A DNA stretch of 64,000 bases, taken from an uncultured Parcubacteria group bacterium. Lineage in GTDB: Bacteria > Patescibacteriota > Patescibacteriia > UBA9934 > CAMTUG01. The stretch covers positions 276,206 through 340,205 of the forward strand of contig CAMTUG010000001.1 of assembly GCA_947084965.1 (NCBI GenBank). Reading direction: 5' to 3'. Position numbers and translations under genes: made by a program. The notes below the pieces were generated by a model. It saw nothing but the letters and a program-made list of their open reading frames with translations, searched no databases and had not been told where the DNA came from. Of this stretch, positions 24,624-32,213 are shown piece after piece; within the stretch, counting starts at the first letter, position 1; the number at the start of each line of letters is the position of its first letter.

Positions 24624-25894
24624 AATGACCACTGCTTACGGCGAATCTGCCAGATCTGTTCGCGGCGGCAGAGCTTGTTTACATCGTCAGGGGAGGCAAG
24701 GAGATGTTCGATGACCCCTTCGAGGAATCGCGCGCCCTTAAATAGCAAAACCTCATCGCCTTTGATCGCAGACGAAAGATAATCAAGTGCGTCCTTCGGT
24801 TGGATGAATGATTCAATGTGCACTCCACGTTCTTCAAGTTCAGCTAACTTTGGCAGAGTGTACTTGGTGAGGCGTGGACCGACAAGAATGATCTGTTCGA
24901 AGTCGCTATCCACCAGGAGTTCAGCGAGGCCTTCGTGCTCGGTTTGCTCCTGTTCACCTTGCTCGATCAGATCACCAAGGATCGCCCACTTTTTTTCTGC
25001 TCGAAGTTGATTGACCATCGATACAATGACAGAGACAGAAGCGAGGTTGGCGTTATAGCTGCTGTCGATGATCGTTGTGTTTTTGATTCCAGCAAACAAC
25101 GAGCTCCGTCCTGGGGGCATGACAAGGCGTGAGAAGTGTTCGTCCGTTTGCTGTCCAAAGTATTCACAAATAACAGGCGTGGCAGCGATCGCATAGAACG
25201 TTTCTTTTGGAAGAAGATAGGGGAGATGATACGCGCGCCCACTGATCACAAATCCTGTCCCGGTCGTGGCAACGGAATATTCTTCGAGGTGGTCATCCTC
25301 GCGCACTTCGCGCCATTCGGCGGTCGTGCGTTTTTTCTGATCAACGATTAGTTTGTTGTCACCGTTCGTGATAACGAGTTTTGATGCCTGTTCGACGAAA
25401 TACCCAAACTCGTAGGCGATCGCCTCGTCTACGTTAGTAAACTTTCCTGTGCGCAGTAATTTTTCAAACTGCTGGCTGTGCGTTCGAGCACAGCTGAGCC
25501 AGATAACAATTTCTGGCTTGAGTAAAGCACTCAGGAAGCGACCTTCTCCTGGACGTTCCGCATCGGCTTCGACAACATAGATTTTCTCTGTCGGCGGTTT
25601 TTTCCAGGCCCGAATCGGAGCGAGAAGAAAAAGACCGATCCACTCAACGGGAGAAAACGTCGTACGTTTCAACCCGAGAATATCAAACGGAATTCCGTAA
25701 GTGCTGTTAGCGTGATGAGAATACTTGGCCGCTGTCTGCAGCTGCGATTCGAGCAGATGGAGGGCGGTCGTCTTTCCGTTTGATCCGGTAACAACAACAA
25801 TGCGCGGCTTCCAGAGGTGCAATTGAATCAACGCGCAATACTTAAAATAATGCGCGATAAAAAAATACAGTTTGTGCTTGATTTTCCTGAACAT
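24620..25894 (-). CDS. Mur ligase family protein, MurF-like
   Basis: 'VVVTGSNGKTT' P-loop, 'ILGDLIEQGEQEQTEHEGL' (compare MurF 'LGDMLELGE') and 'LLFKGARFLEG'. Hydrophobic N-terminus. First gene of the operon. Confidence 0.7.
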   Translation of the reverse strand: MFRKIKHKLYFFIAHYFKYCALIQLHLWKPRIVVVTGSNGKTTALHLLESQLQTAAKYSHHANSTYGIPFDILGLKRTTFSPVEWIGLFLLAPIRAWKKPPTEKIYVVEADAERPGEGRFLSALLKPEIVIWLSCARTHSQQFEKLLRTGKFTNVDEAIAYEFGYFVEQASKLVITNGDNKLIVDQKKRTTAEWREVREDDHLEEYSVATTGTGFVISGRAYHLPYLLPKETFYAIAATPVICEYFGQQTDEHFSRLVMPPGRSSLFAGIKNTTIIDSSYNANLASVSVIVSMVNQLRAEKKWAILGDLIEQGEQEQTEHEGLAELLVDSDFEQIILVGPRLTKYTLPKLAELEERGVHIESFIQPKDALDYLSSAIKGDEVLLFKGARFLEGVIEHLLASPDDVNKLCRREQIWQIRRKQWSL

Positions 25895-25968
25895 TTCGGC
25901 TGGTTATAGCCCCCCCGTGAACACCCTAAACCTTTCAGAGAATAACAGAATTCGAGCATTTTGACCAC

Positions 25969-26025
25969 AAAAATCAGAAGCCGCCCTCGGGAGAGTGTGT
26001 CGCGAAGGCGACTTCCGAGAGCGGC
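25969..26025 (-). terminator. GC-rich terminator of the zinc-ribbon cassette
   Basis: The minus strand reads 'gccgctctcgga..gtcgc-cttc-gcgac..cccgagggcggc' followed by 'ttctgattttt'. Confidence 0.6.
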
Positions 26026-26035
26026 GTGAGCCGGG

Positions 26036-26329
26036 TCAGTGGTAGAGGATGGTCGGATCGTCCGAACCGTCCGTGCCGGTGGTGGCGACCCTCCAGGCTC
26101 GGAGGATGCGTTGTAGTACCTCGTCTGGTTCGGCGGCCTTCGGCGTGACCGGAGGGTTCGAGGGCGTCATCGCGGCGTATCGATGACCGCAGTCCTCGCA
26201 GACGTACTCCGTCGTTGGGCGATCCGCCCCGAAGTTCACGATCTCCACGAGCTGGGTGTTCCGTCGCGGGCACCAGTCGCAGTCGCCGGTACACAGAGGG
26301 TTGCTCTGAAGCAGGCGGGTCTTAGACAT
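26036..26329 (-). CDS. Zinc-ribbon protein with a Thr/Ser/Asp-rich C-terminus (orphan, GC3-rich)
   Basis: 97 aa. 'CTGDCDWC...CEDC' four-Cys ribbon and the C-terminus 'VATTGTDGSDDPTILYH'. 25/30 G/C at codon position 3. AGGAG lies 5 nt before the ATG. Confidence 0.65.
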   Translation of the reverse strand: MSKTRLLQSNPLCTGDCDWCPRRNTQLVEIVNFGADRPTTEYVCEDCGHRYAAMTPSNPPVTPKAAEPDEVLQRILRAWRVATTGTDGSDDPTILYH

Positions 26330-26349
26330 GAGGTCTCCTGGTTGAACTA

Positions 26350-26378
26350 GGAATATCAGTTTCGATTGAGGCCGTCAA
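26350..26378 (-). promoter_or_regulatory. Promoter for the zinc-ribbon ORF, embedded in the 3' end of the rimK-like gene
   Basis: The minus strand reads TTGACG, a 17-nt spacer, then TATTCC. Confidence 0.35.
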
Positions 26379-27252
26379 CTGTTTTGACAGCAAAGTCAAC
26401 GATCGCGCCAGCGACATCGACGCCCGATGCGCGTTCTAATTCTTCAAATCCTGGATTGGCGTTGACTTCGATCACCAGCGGTCCTCGTTTTGAGCGAAGG
26501 ATATCGACGCCGGCGATTTCAAGGCTGAACGCTTTTGCCGCCTCGATCGCCATGCGCATCTCTTCTTCTGTCAGTTCAACCGCTGTGCCAACTCCACCAA
26601 GCGACGCGTTGGCACGAACGTCACCGATGATTGCGGTGCGTTCCATCGCTGCAATCACTTGGTCACCAACAACAAAGGCGCGCAGATCTTTGCGACCCGC
26701 TTCGGCGATAAACTCCTCAACGATGATCGGGTTTTTGTCACGAATATGTAAATATTCAACGATCGGGGAGAGCGTTTCCACGTTCTCGGCGTAAAAAATC
26801 CCTTTGCCGTGGGTACCGAAGGCAACTTTTAAAATGATCGGATAGCCGATTTTGGCCGCCTCCGCTCGGGCATGATCCGAGGTGCGGCAGATCGCCCAGC
26901 GCGGCATGGCCACGCCAGCACGCGAGAGAATGAAATGTTGCGCCAGCTTATTTTTGGCGATCCCTCCGAGCGGGGAGTGGTTGATCACGCGAAAACCAAG
27001 AGCAACGAGCGCGTCCGTCGTAACGGCGTGCAAGCTCGGCTCTTCGACGAACCCTGGTCGGTTAATAATCACATCGAGCTTCGGTAACTCAGCTCCCATG
27101 TGCGTGACGATGCCTCCGGCGATGACGATCTCCGGCTCATGGAGCATCGTCACCTCGTGTCCCATCGCTCGTGCGGCCTGAATCAACCGCGGTGCGAGCG
27201 CTGGGTCGTCGATCTGTTTTGGGCGGCCGCTGGTTAAGATTCCAATGTGCAT
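26356..27252 (-). CDS. RimK-family ATP-grasp ligase
   Basis: 298 aa. 'YPIILKVAFGTHGKGIF', 'EEFI' and 'AGVDILRSKRGPLVIEVNANPGF' are ATP-grasp signatures. Confidence 0.8.
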   Translation of the reverse strand: MHIGILTSGRPKQIDDPALAPRLIQAARAMGHEVTMLHEPEIVIAGGIVTHMGAELPKLDVIINRPGFVEEPSLHAVTTDALVALGFRVINHSPLGGIAKNKLAQHFILSRAGVAMPRWAICRTSDHARAEAAKIGYPIILKVAFGTHGKGIFYAENVETLSPIVEYLHIRDKNPIIVEEFIAEAGRKDLRAFVVGDQVIAAMERTAIIGDVRANASLGGVGTAVELTEEEMRMAIEAAKAFSLEIAGVDILRSKRGPLVIEVNANPGFEELERASGVDVAGAIVDFAVKTVDGLNRN

Positions 27253-27256
27253 AATG

Positions 27257-27380
27257 TGGATCTTTAGAAAACTGCGTCTTTTCGTTTCACGGGTCCCGTC
27301 GACCCACTCAACGTAGAATCCCTACGTCTCGCGGGCTCGACACCCGTTCAACGAAAATACATCAGTTTTCTAAAGATCCA
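27257..27380. repeat. Long imperfect palindrome, family D, copy 2
   Basis: 'tggatctttagaaaactg' (27257-27274) is perfectly complementary to 'cagttttctaaagatcca' (27363-27380), which encodes the last codons of dus. The core shares 'ctcaacgta..tacgtct' with copy 1. Confidence 0.7.
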
Positions 27381-28348
27381 AGAGCTAGTTCGAGATCTTC
27401 GATCGTCGAGATCGCGTGGAGTTTTTCGCGCATCATTTTGGCTCCGGGCAGGCCTTTGAAGTACCACATCAAATGCTTCCGGAAAGAGACGATCCCTTTG
27501 GGGCCGTACTGTTCAACGTGAAGTTCTGCATGACGGCGGATGACGCGCAGGCGTTCTTCAAAGCTCACTGGTGTTGGTGTTTTCCCATTCAATATTTCGT
27601 GCATCTGCGAAAAGATCCACGGATTGCCGAGCGCTCCGCGGGCGATCAGTACGCCGTCGCAGCCGGACGCTCTGAGCGCTTCGGGCATCAACTCGGCTTT
27701 ATGAATGTCACCGTTACACAATACAGGAATCGACACGGCAGACTTTACCTTACCAACCTGCACCCAATCAGCGGTACCAGAATAGCCTTGCATTTTCGTG
27801 CGTCCATGAACGGTGATCAGATCAGCTCCGGCCGCTTCAAGCACCTTAGCAAACTCCACGCACTGTTCAGGGTCGTTCCATCCAAGACGGATTTTGACTG
27901 AAAGTGGAACGTTGATCACCGCCTTCATCGCTTTTATAATCTCGCCGGCTAACTTTGGTTCTTTCATCAGCGCCGCGCCATTAAAGTTGTGGACGATTTT
28001 ATACACCGGGCATCCCATGTTGATGTCGAACCCTTCCGGGTTATGCTCAGCCGCGATGATCCGTGCCGACTCGGCCATCGTGGCCGGGTCGCTTCCAAAG
28101 ATCTGCTGCACCAAAGGCCGTTCCGCTGGGTGAATCTCGGTCATCCCGAGCGTTTTGTCCGATCCGCGTACCACCGCTTCGGCCGAAACCATCTCACGAA
28201 ATTCAACCAAGTTCACTTCCGGAGGAGTGACTTCGCGCACCACGCGACAAAAGGCCGAGTCGGTCATGTCGGCCATCGGCGAAAGCGCAATGATCGGGCG
28301 TGGGAGAGATTTCCAATCGAGCATAGCAAGGCAGGATGATACATCCAC
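27362..28348 (-). CDS. dus: tRNA-dihydrouridine synthase
   Basis: 'LSPMADMTDSAFCRV', 'DINMGCP' and 'TVHGRT'. An alternative start lies at 28324. Confidence 0.85.
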   Translation of the reverse strand: MDVSSCLAMLDWKSLPRPIIALSPMADMTDSAFCRVVREVTPPEVNLVEFREMVSAEAVVRGSDKTLGMTEIHPAERPLVQQIFGSDPATMAESARIIAAEHNPEGFDINMGCPVYKIVHNFNGAALMKEPKLAGEIIKAMKAVINVPLSVKIRLGWNDPEQCVEFAKVLEAAGADLITVHGRTKMQGYSGTADWVQVGKVKSAVSIPVLCNGDIHKAELMPEALRASGCDGVLIARGALGNPWIFSQMHEILNGKTPTPVSFEERLRVIRRHAELHVEQYGPKGIVSFRKHLMWYFKGLPGAKMMREKLHAISTIEDLELALGSLEN

Positions 28349-28405
28349 AGGACGCGTCAGTCAATTCTGTGCTATACTTTTAGCAATTAATCTAACGTCA
28401 TTTTT

Positions 28406-29245
28406 ATGCGTACGCGAGGCATGACAAACGGCGGCAACGGGGGATGCCCCGAATGCCCCGAGCATAAATCATTTTGGCCGAGCTGGCACGGCAACACGCC
28501 GTTCGCCCTCGTCCTTCTTCTGATCGGTGCGTTCACCGTCGTTTACTTGATGGCACGCATCACTCAGATTCAGACCGAAACAAAAGAGATCGGTAAGCCG
28601 ATGCCGTATGAACATCAGATTACCGTTGATGGTCAGGGTCGCGTTGTTGGTACGCCAGACGTGGCAACGGTGAGCATGTCGGTGGAAACAAAGGGTGATG
28701 ACGTGGCGGCTACACAAACGCAGAACTCAGCAACGATGACGGCATTGATCGAAAAGATCAAAGCGCTCGGCGTCGCCGCGGCGGACGTGCAGACCAGTTC
28801 CTACAGTGTCTACGAAAACACAGTTTGGAACGCGGAGACACAGACGTATGATGCAAACGGTTGGGTCGTCAGTCAGTCGCTGACCGTCAAGGTACGCGAC
28901 ACGGCCAAGATCGCTTCGGTTCTTGAAACAGCTGGTCAGAACGGCGCGACGAACATCTACGGTCCGAATTTCGAGATCGATGACACCACAGCGTTGAAGA
29001 ATGAGGCCCGCGAGGAAGCGATGCAAAAAGCGCAGGAGAAGGCGATGATGCTTGCAAGCAAACTCGGTGTCCGCTTGGAAAAAGTGGTTGGCTACAGTGA
29101 ATGGGAAGACATGGGACCTTATCCGTACTACGATGGTTACATGGTGGGAGAATCGAGCGCGTCATTGAAAGCCGCTCCAGCGATCGAAGCCGGTTCGCAG
29201 GAGGTGACGCTGAACGTTTCGATCACCTACAAGTTGGTGGACTAG
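28406..29245 (+). CDS. SIMPL/DUF541-domain protein, membrane anchored
   Basis: One TM helix, then 'VATVSMSVETKGDDVAATQTQNSATMTALIEKIKALGV...VQTSSYSVYE'. An alternative start lies at 28421. Confidence 0.7.
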   Translation: MRTRGMTNGGNGGCPECPEHKSFWPSWHGNTPFALVLLLIGAFTVVYLMARITQIQTETKEIGKPMPYEHQITVDGQGRVVGTPDVATVSMSVETKGDDVAATQTQNSATMTALIEKIKALGVAAADVQTSSYSVYENTVWNAETQTYDANGWVVSQSLTVKVRDTAKIASVLETAGQNGATNIYGPNFEIDDTTALKNEAREEAMQKAQEKAMMLASKLGVRLEKVVGYSEWEDMGPYPYYDGYMVGESSASLKAAPAIEAGSQEVTLNVSITYKLVD

Positions 29246-29345
29246 CGAACAGGATTCAATAAGGCGGGGCACATTTGATGTCGCTCCGTCTTTTGATTTT
29301 GTATCTCGCGCATGTCTGAGTGTCTCAAAGTACTCGCATTCAAAA

Positions 29346-29372
29346 TTTTTGAGCACGAAAAGTAGTCAAAAA
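29346..29372. repeat. Diverged family C hairpin, copy 3
   Basis: 'tttttga-gcacgaaaagtag-tcaaaaa'. It has the same 13-nt loop length, GCAC loop start and ttga/tcaa closing pairs as copies 1 and 2. Confidence 0.45.
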
Positions 29373-29456
29373 GTTTGAAATCAACAATTTTTAAAGTCCA
29401 CATTTCCTTGCACTACACACAACGATCGACTACCCTATGAGTAATTAATTATCACT

Positions 29457-30290
29457 ATGAAAAATATTGGCTTGTGGATCGTGCTTGTCCTCGCTGTGGT
29501 TCTTGGTGCCTGGGTGTGGATGGAAACGTCGGACACCACGGAGGATCAGGAGGTCCAGGAAATGGTGTTGAATGAAACCGAGGACAGGGTCGAAGATGAG
29601 GAAGACGTGGCACCACAGGAGGCTGTCTGTACGCCATCGGATGCTAAGGTGGTCGTTGTGTCGAATGATGACATGACCTCACACACGGTGATGGTAAACG
29701 GAACGGCGGTTGGCACGCTTAGGGCGAGTGACAACGAATGGACAGAGTCCGCGGCCGAAGTTTGGCGCCAGACAGATTGCTACACGTTCATTGACTTCTC
29801 CCCAACCGGTCTCGGTGGCGCCATTTATTATGGCGGGCCATTCCGTCTGTACGTCGTAGATAAAGCCGAAGGAACGATGCGTTCTATTCCGACCGAAGGA
29901 TTCGTTGCCGACATTTCTCCAGACGGGCAGTGGGTGGCGGCGCGGGCGGAGTTCGACGGAAAGCAGTCTGTTGTTGGTGTGCAAATCGTCGGGACGGCTG
30001 CCGGGAGCGTCGCTCAACTGATCGCTCCGCCGGATGATTCCGGATTCGATGACGGGATCAGTGCGAAGTTTTCTCCGGACGGGACGAAACTTGCATATAC
30101 GGTAGCCGCACGCTGGAGTTGTGTTGAAGGAGATGGTGTTGATGTCTGTGATGTGGGTGCCTATATCATTGATTTAGACACCGGTTTGCAGACGGAATTA
30201 GAGATCAGTTCAACGATTCGAGATGGCTATCCTGTTTACGTCAGTGGTTGGAGTGATAACAACACCCCAATGATCACAGACGAGATGTAA
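29457..30290 (+). CDS. Secreted or anchored protein with TolB/PD40-like beta-propeller repeats
   Basis: N-terminal TM/signal 'MKNIGLWIVLVLAVVLGAWVW'. Repeats 'ISPDGQWVAARA' and 'FSPDGTKLAYT'. Confidence 0.6.
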   Translation: MKNIGLWIVLVLAVVLGAWVWMETSDTTEDQEVQEMVLNETEDRVEDEEDVAPQEAVCTPSDAKVVVVSNDDMTSHTVMVNGTAVGTLRASDNEWTESAAEVWRQTDCYTFIDFSPTGLGGAIYYGGPFRLYVVDKAEGTMRSIPTEGFVADISPDGQWVAARAEFDGKQSVVGVQIVGTAAGSVAQLIAPPDDSGFDDGISAKFSPDGTKLAYTVAARWSCVEGDGVDVCDVGAYIIDLDTGLQTELEISSTIRDGYPVYVSGWSDNNTPMITDEM

Positions 30291-30305
30291 GATTTTGAAA
30301 TGCCG

Positions 30306-30332
30306 AACCCCACCTGCGTTCCAGGTGGGGTT
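30306..30332. terminator. Hairpin between convergent genes
   Basis: 'aaccccacctg-cgttc-caggtggggtt' (11 bp perfect). Confidence 0.6.
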
Positions 30333-30348
30333 TCGTGCGTCAGGTCGG

Positions 30349-30726
30349 CTAGCGTGCGACGACCACGTAGATGCCGTCGCGGTACTGACCGAGGAGGTAG
30401 AAGATCAGACCCTCGACCGTGATCCGCAGCGGGCGCAAGTGCGGCTCGAGCGGGACCGTGCCAAGGAGCATCCTTTCGACCGTGGCGGTGGTGCCGCCCA
30501 GCCGCAGGATGTGCACGGCGCTGATGGCGGGGTGGACCTGGGCCTGCAGCGTCCGGATGATCGCTGTGATGATCGGGTTGGGCGTGCCAGGCTTCGTGCC
30601 GGCCAGCTCGCCAGACGCGAGCTCCTCGCGCCGGATCGCGAGGGTGACCATGATCGGTCGGATGCGCAGCTCGGCCTCGGGCCCGAGCGTGGTACGAAGG
30701 TGGTTGCGCAGTCGGGCGGTGTCCAT
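30349..30726 (-). CDS. Orphan soluble protein (GC3-rich)
   Basis: 125 aa starting 'MDTARLRNHL'. 42/60 G+C in the first 60 nt and 26/30 G/C at codon position 3. ACGGAG lies 7 nt before the ATG. The longer track ORF (to 30780) would run through its own promoter. Confidence 0.6.
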   Translation of the reverse strand: MDTARLRNHLRTTLGPEAELRIRPIMVTLAIRREELASGELAGTKPGTPNPIITAIIRTLQAQVHPAISAVHILRLGGTTATVERMLLGTVPLEPHLRPLRITVEGLIFYLLGQYRDGIYVVVAR

Positions 30727-30751
30727 GGCAGATCTCCGTTGGGGACCCTGG

Positions 30752-30793
30752 ATCATATGCGTTTTTGACGTTCGCGTCAAGGATTGCTAGGAT
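30752..30793. promoter_or_regulatory. Back-to-back divergent promoters sharing palindromic -35 boxes
   Basis: The minus strand reads TTGACG (30780-30775), 17 nt, TATGAT (30757-30752). The plus strand reads TTGACG (30765-30770), 17 nt, TAGGAT (30788-30793). Together they form 'ttgacg-ttcg-cgtcaa'. Confidence 0.45.
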
Positions 30794-31313
30794 GAAAACA
30801 TCAATTATGTCGAACACCTGTCTTTTTATCGGTCGCTTCCAGCCCTTTCATCGCGGGCATTTGATGGTCGTGCAAGGGATGCGCAAAGTGTGCGGGCGGA
30901 TTATTATCGGCGTTGGTTCGGTTCATGCGCCAGAATCGGCGGCAGATCCGTTTAATGTTCAGGAACGTCACGAAATGATCAGTGCTGCGTTGCTTGACGC
31001 GGACATCCCAGACGCCGACATTTACGATATTCCAGATATTGAACACGACCAGGAATGGGTCGATCATGTGGTGAAGATCACGGGCCCGATCGACACGGTT
31101 TGGACCGGAAATGATCAGGTGGAGAAGTTGTTTGTTGAGAAGGGGATCAACGTCCAAAAAATCAAAGAGGTGCCGGGAATTAGTTCCACCGAAATCCGCG
31201 CTCGGTTGCTGAACGGTGATGATTGGCGCGAACTCGTTCCAGACGGTGTGGCCAGTGTGTTATCGAAGATCGCAGCGATGGATCGCATGCGCACGTTAGC
31301 AAAGCGCGGCTAG
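30792..31313 (+). CDS. Nicotinamide-nucleotide adenylyltransferase (archaeal/NadM type)
   Basis: 'CLFIGRFQPFHRGHL' is the (H/T)xGH nucleotidyltransferase motif. The start is ambiguous (30792 or 30807); the -10 box overlaps 30792. Confidence 0.8.
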   Translation: MKTSIMSNTCLFIGRFQPFHRGHLMVVQGMRKVCGRIIIGVGSVHAPESAADPFNVQERHEMISAALLDADIPDADIYDIPDIEHDQEWVDHVVKITGPIDTVWTGNDQVEKLFVEKGINVQKIKEVPGISSTEIRARLLNGDDWRELVPDGVASVLSKIAAMDRMRTLAKRG

Positions 31314-31322
31314 CTCGCGTGT

Positions 31323-32132
31323 ATGAAGATCGTCTCGTTGAACTGTTTCATGGGGCACGTCTTCGAGTCCCTGTTAGATTTTTTAGTACGTGAGTCGGCA
31401 ACAACCGACGTTTTTTGTTTGCAGGAGATGCAGAGTAATCCGAAAGGGGACCTGTCCGTACTCCCAAGACACGGCCGGGCCGATATTCTAGAGCAGATTA
31501 AAAAACGATTGCCGGGATTCGTCTGTTATTTCGCTCCGGCGCAGGATGATTTTGATATAGAACCGGCCTATCGAGGACAGATGCAGCTTGGCAACGCGAC
31601 CTTTTATCGTCCGTCGCTTCCTGTGTCTGAAGCAGGGAGCTTTTTTATCTACAACGGATTCAATACGTACACCGGAGCAAAGCAGTGGGAAACGCTCGGG
31701 CACGTCGCCATCTCCCTTTCCATCGACGGACCAACACCGTTGACGATCGTCAATGTGCACGGTAATTCTCAGCCGGCAGACAAACTTGATTCGCCGAAGC
31801 GTTTGGAACAGTCACAAAAGATTATTGATTTCTTGGCAGAGCGAACGGGCGAAAAGATCGTCATGGGGGATTTTAATTTGCTCCCGGATACAGAGAGTGT
31901 GCGGGTGTTTGAACGCTCGGGATATCGCAACTTGGTGGCGGAATATAAGATTTCGACGACACGCGGTTCACATATGCGCAAGCTCTTCCCGGAGTATGAG
32001 CACGGGCCGTACGGGTTCCAGGAATTTGCAGATTATACGTTTGTTTCTCCAGGGATAAATGTGTCCAAATTTGAAGTTCCAGACGTTCCGATCTCCGATC
32101 ATCTTCCGATGATCCTAGAGATTGATGGTTGA
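31323..32132 (+). CDS. Endonuclease/exonuclease/phosphatase (EEP) family protein
   Basis: 'VFCLQEM', 'GDFNL' and 'SDHLPM' motifs. Confidence 0.75.
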   Translation: MKIVSLNCFMGHVFESLLDFLVRESATTDVFCLQEMQSNPKGDLSVLPRHGRADILEQIKKRLPGFVCYFAPAQDDFDIEPAYRGQMQLGNATFYRPSLPVSEAGSFFIYNGFNTYTGAKQWETLGHVAISLSIDGPTPLTIVNVHGNSQPADKLDSPKRLEQSQKIIDFLAERTGEKIVMGDFNLLPDTESVRVFERSGYRNLVAEYKISTTRGSHMRKLFPEYEHGPYGFQEFADYTFVSPGINVSKFEVPDVPISDHLPMILEIDG

Positions 32133-32213
32133 CCCTGGTCTCTCTTTTTGTTACTGTGGCCTTACAATTTGCTTATGACCCCCTAGAGCGCACGCTCTCG
32201 GGGCATTTGCTGT

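Noticed and set aside
27257-27380. 'CTGATG' and 'GAAAC' on the minus strand suggested a hammerhead ribozyme core.
   Set aside because: When folded, these bases sit in a simple internal loop of one long hairpin. The CUGAUGA box is imperfect and the three-way junction and cleavage-site geometry are absent.
30236-30817. Overlapping ORFs around the 30.3-30.8 kb cassette (30236-30817 minus, 30295-30768 plus, 30419-30790 plus).
   Set aside because: These are off-frame shadows. Only the 30349-30726 minus frame combines an SD, a start codon, high G/C at position 3 and a non-degenerate amino-acid composition.
32179-32203. The 'agagcg-ca-cgctct' palindrome upstream of uvrB resembles 'agagcgc-aatg-gcgctct' upstream of uvrC (39921-39944). 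This suggested a shared SOS-type operator.
   Set aside because: Both are adequately explained as terminator hairpins of the preceding transcription units. uvrA has no such site, and the half-site also occurs in unrelated hairpins. The idea remains possible but is unsupported.
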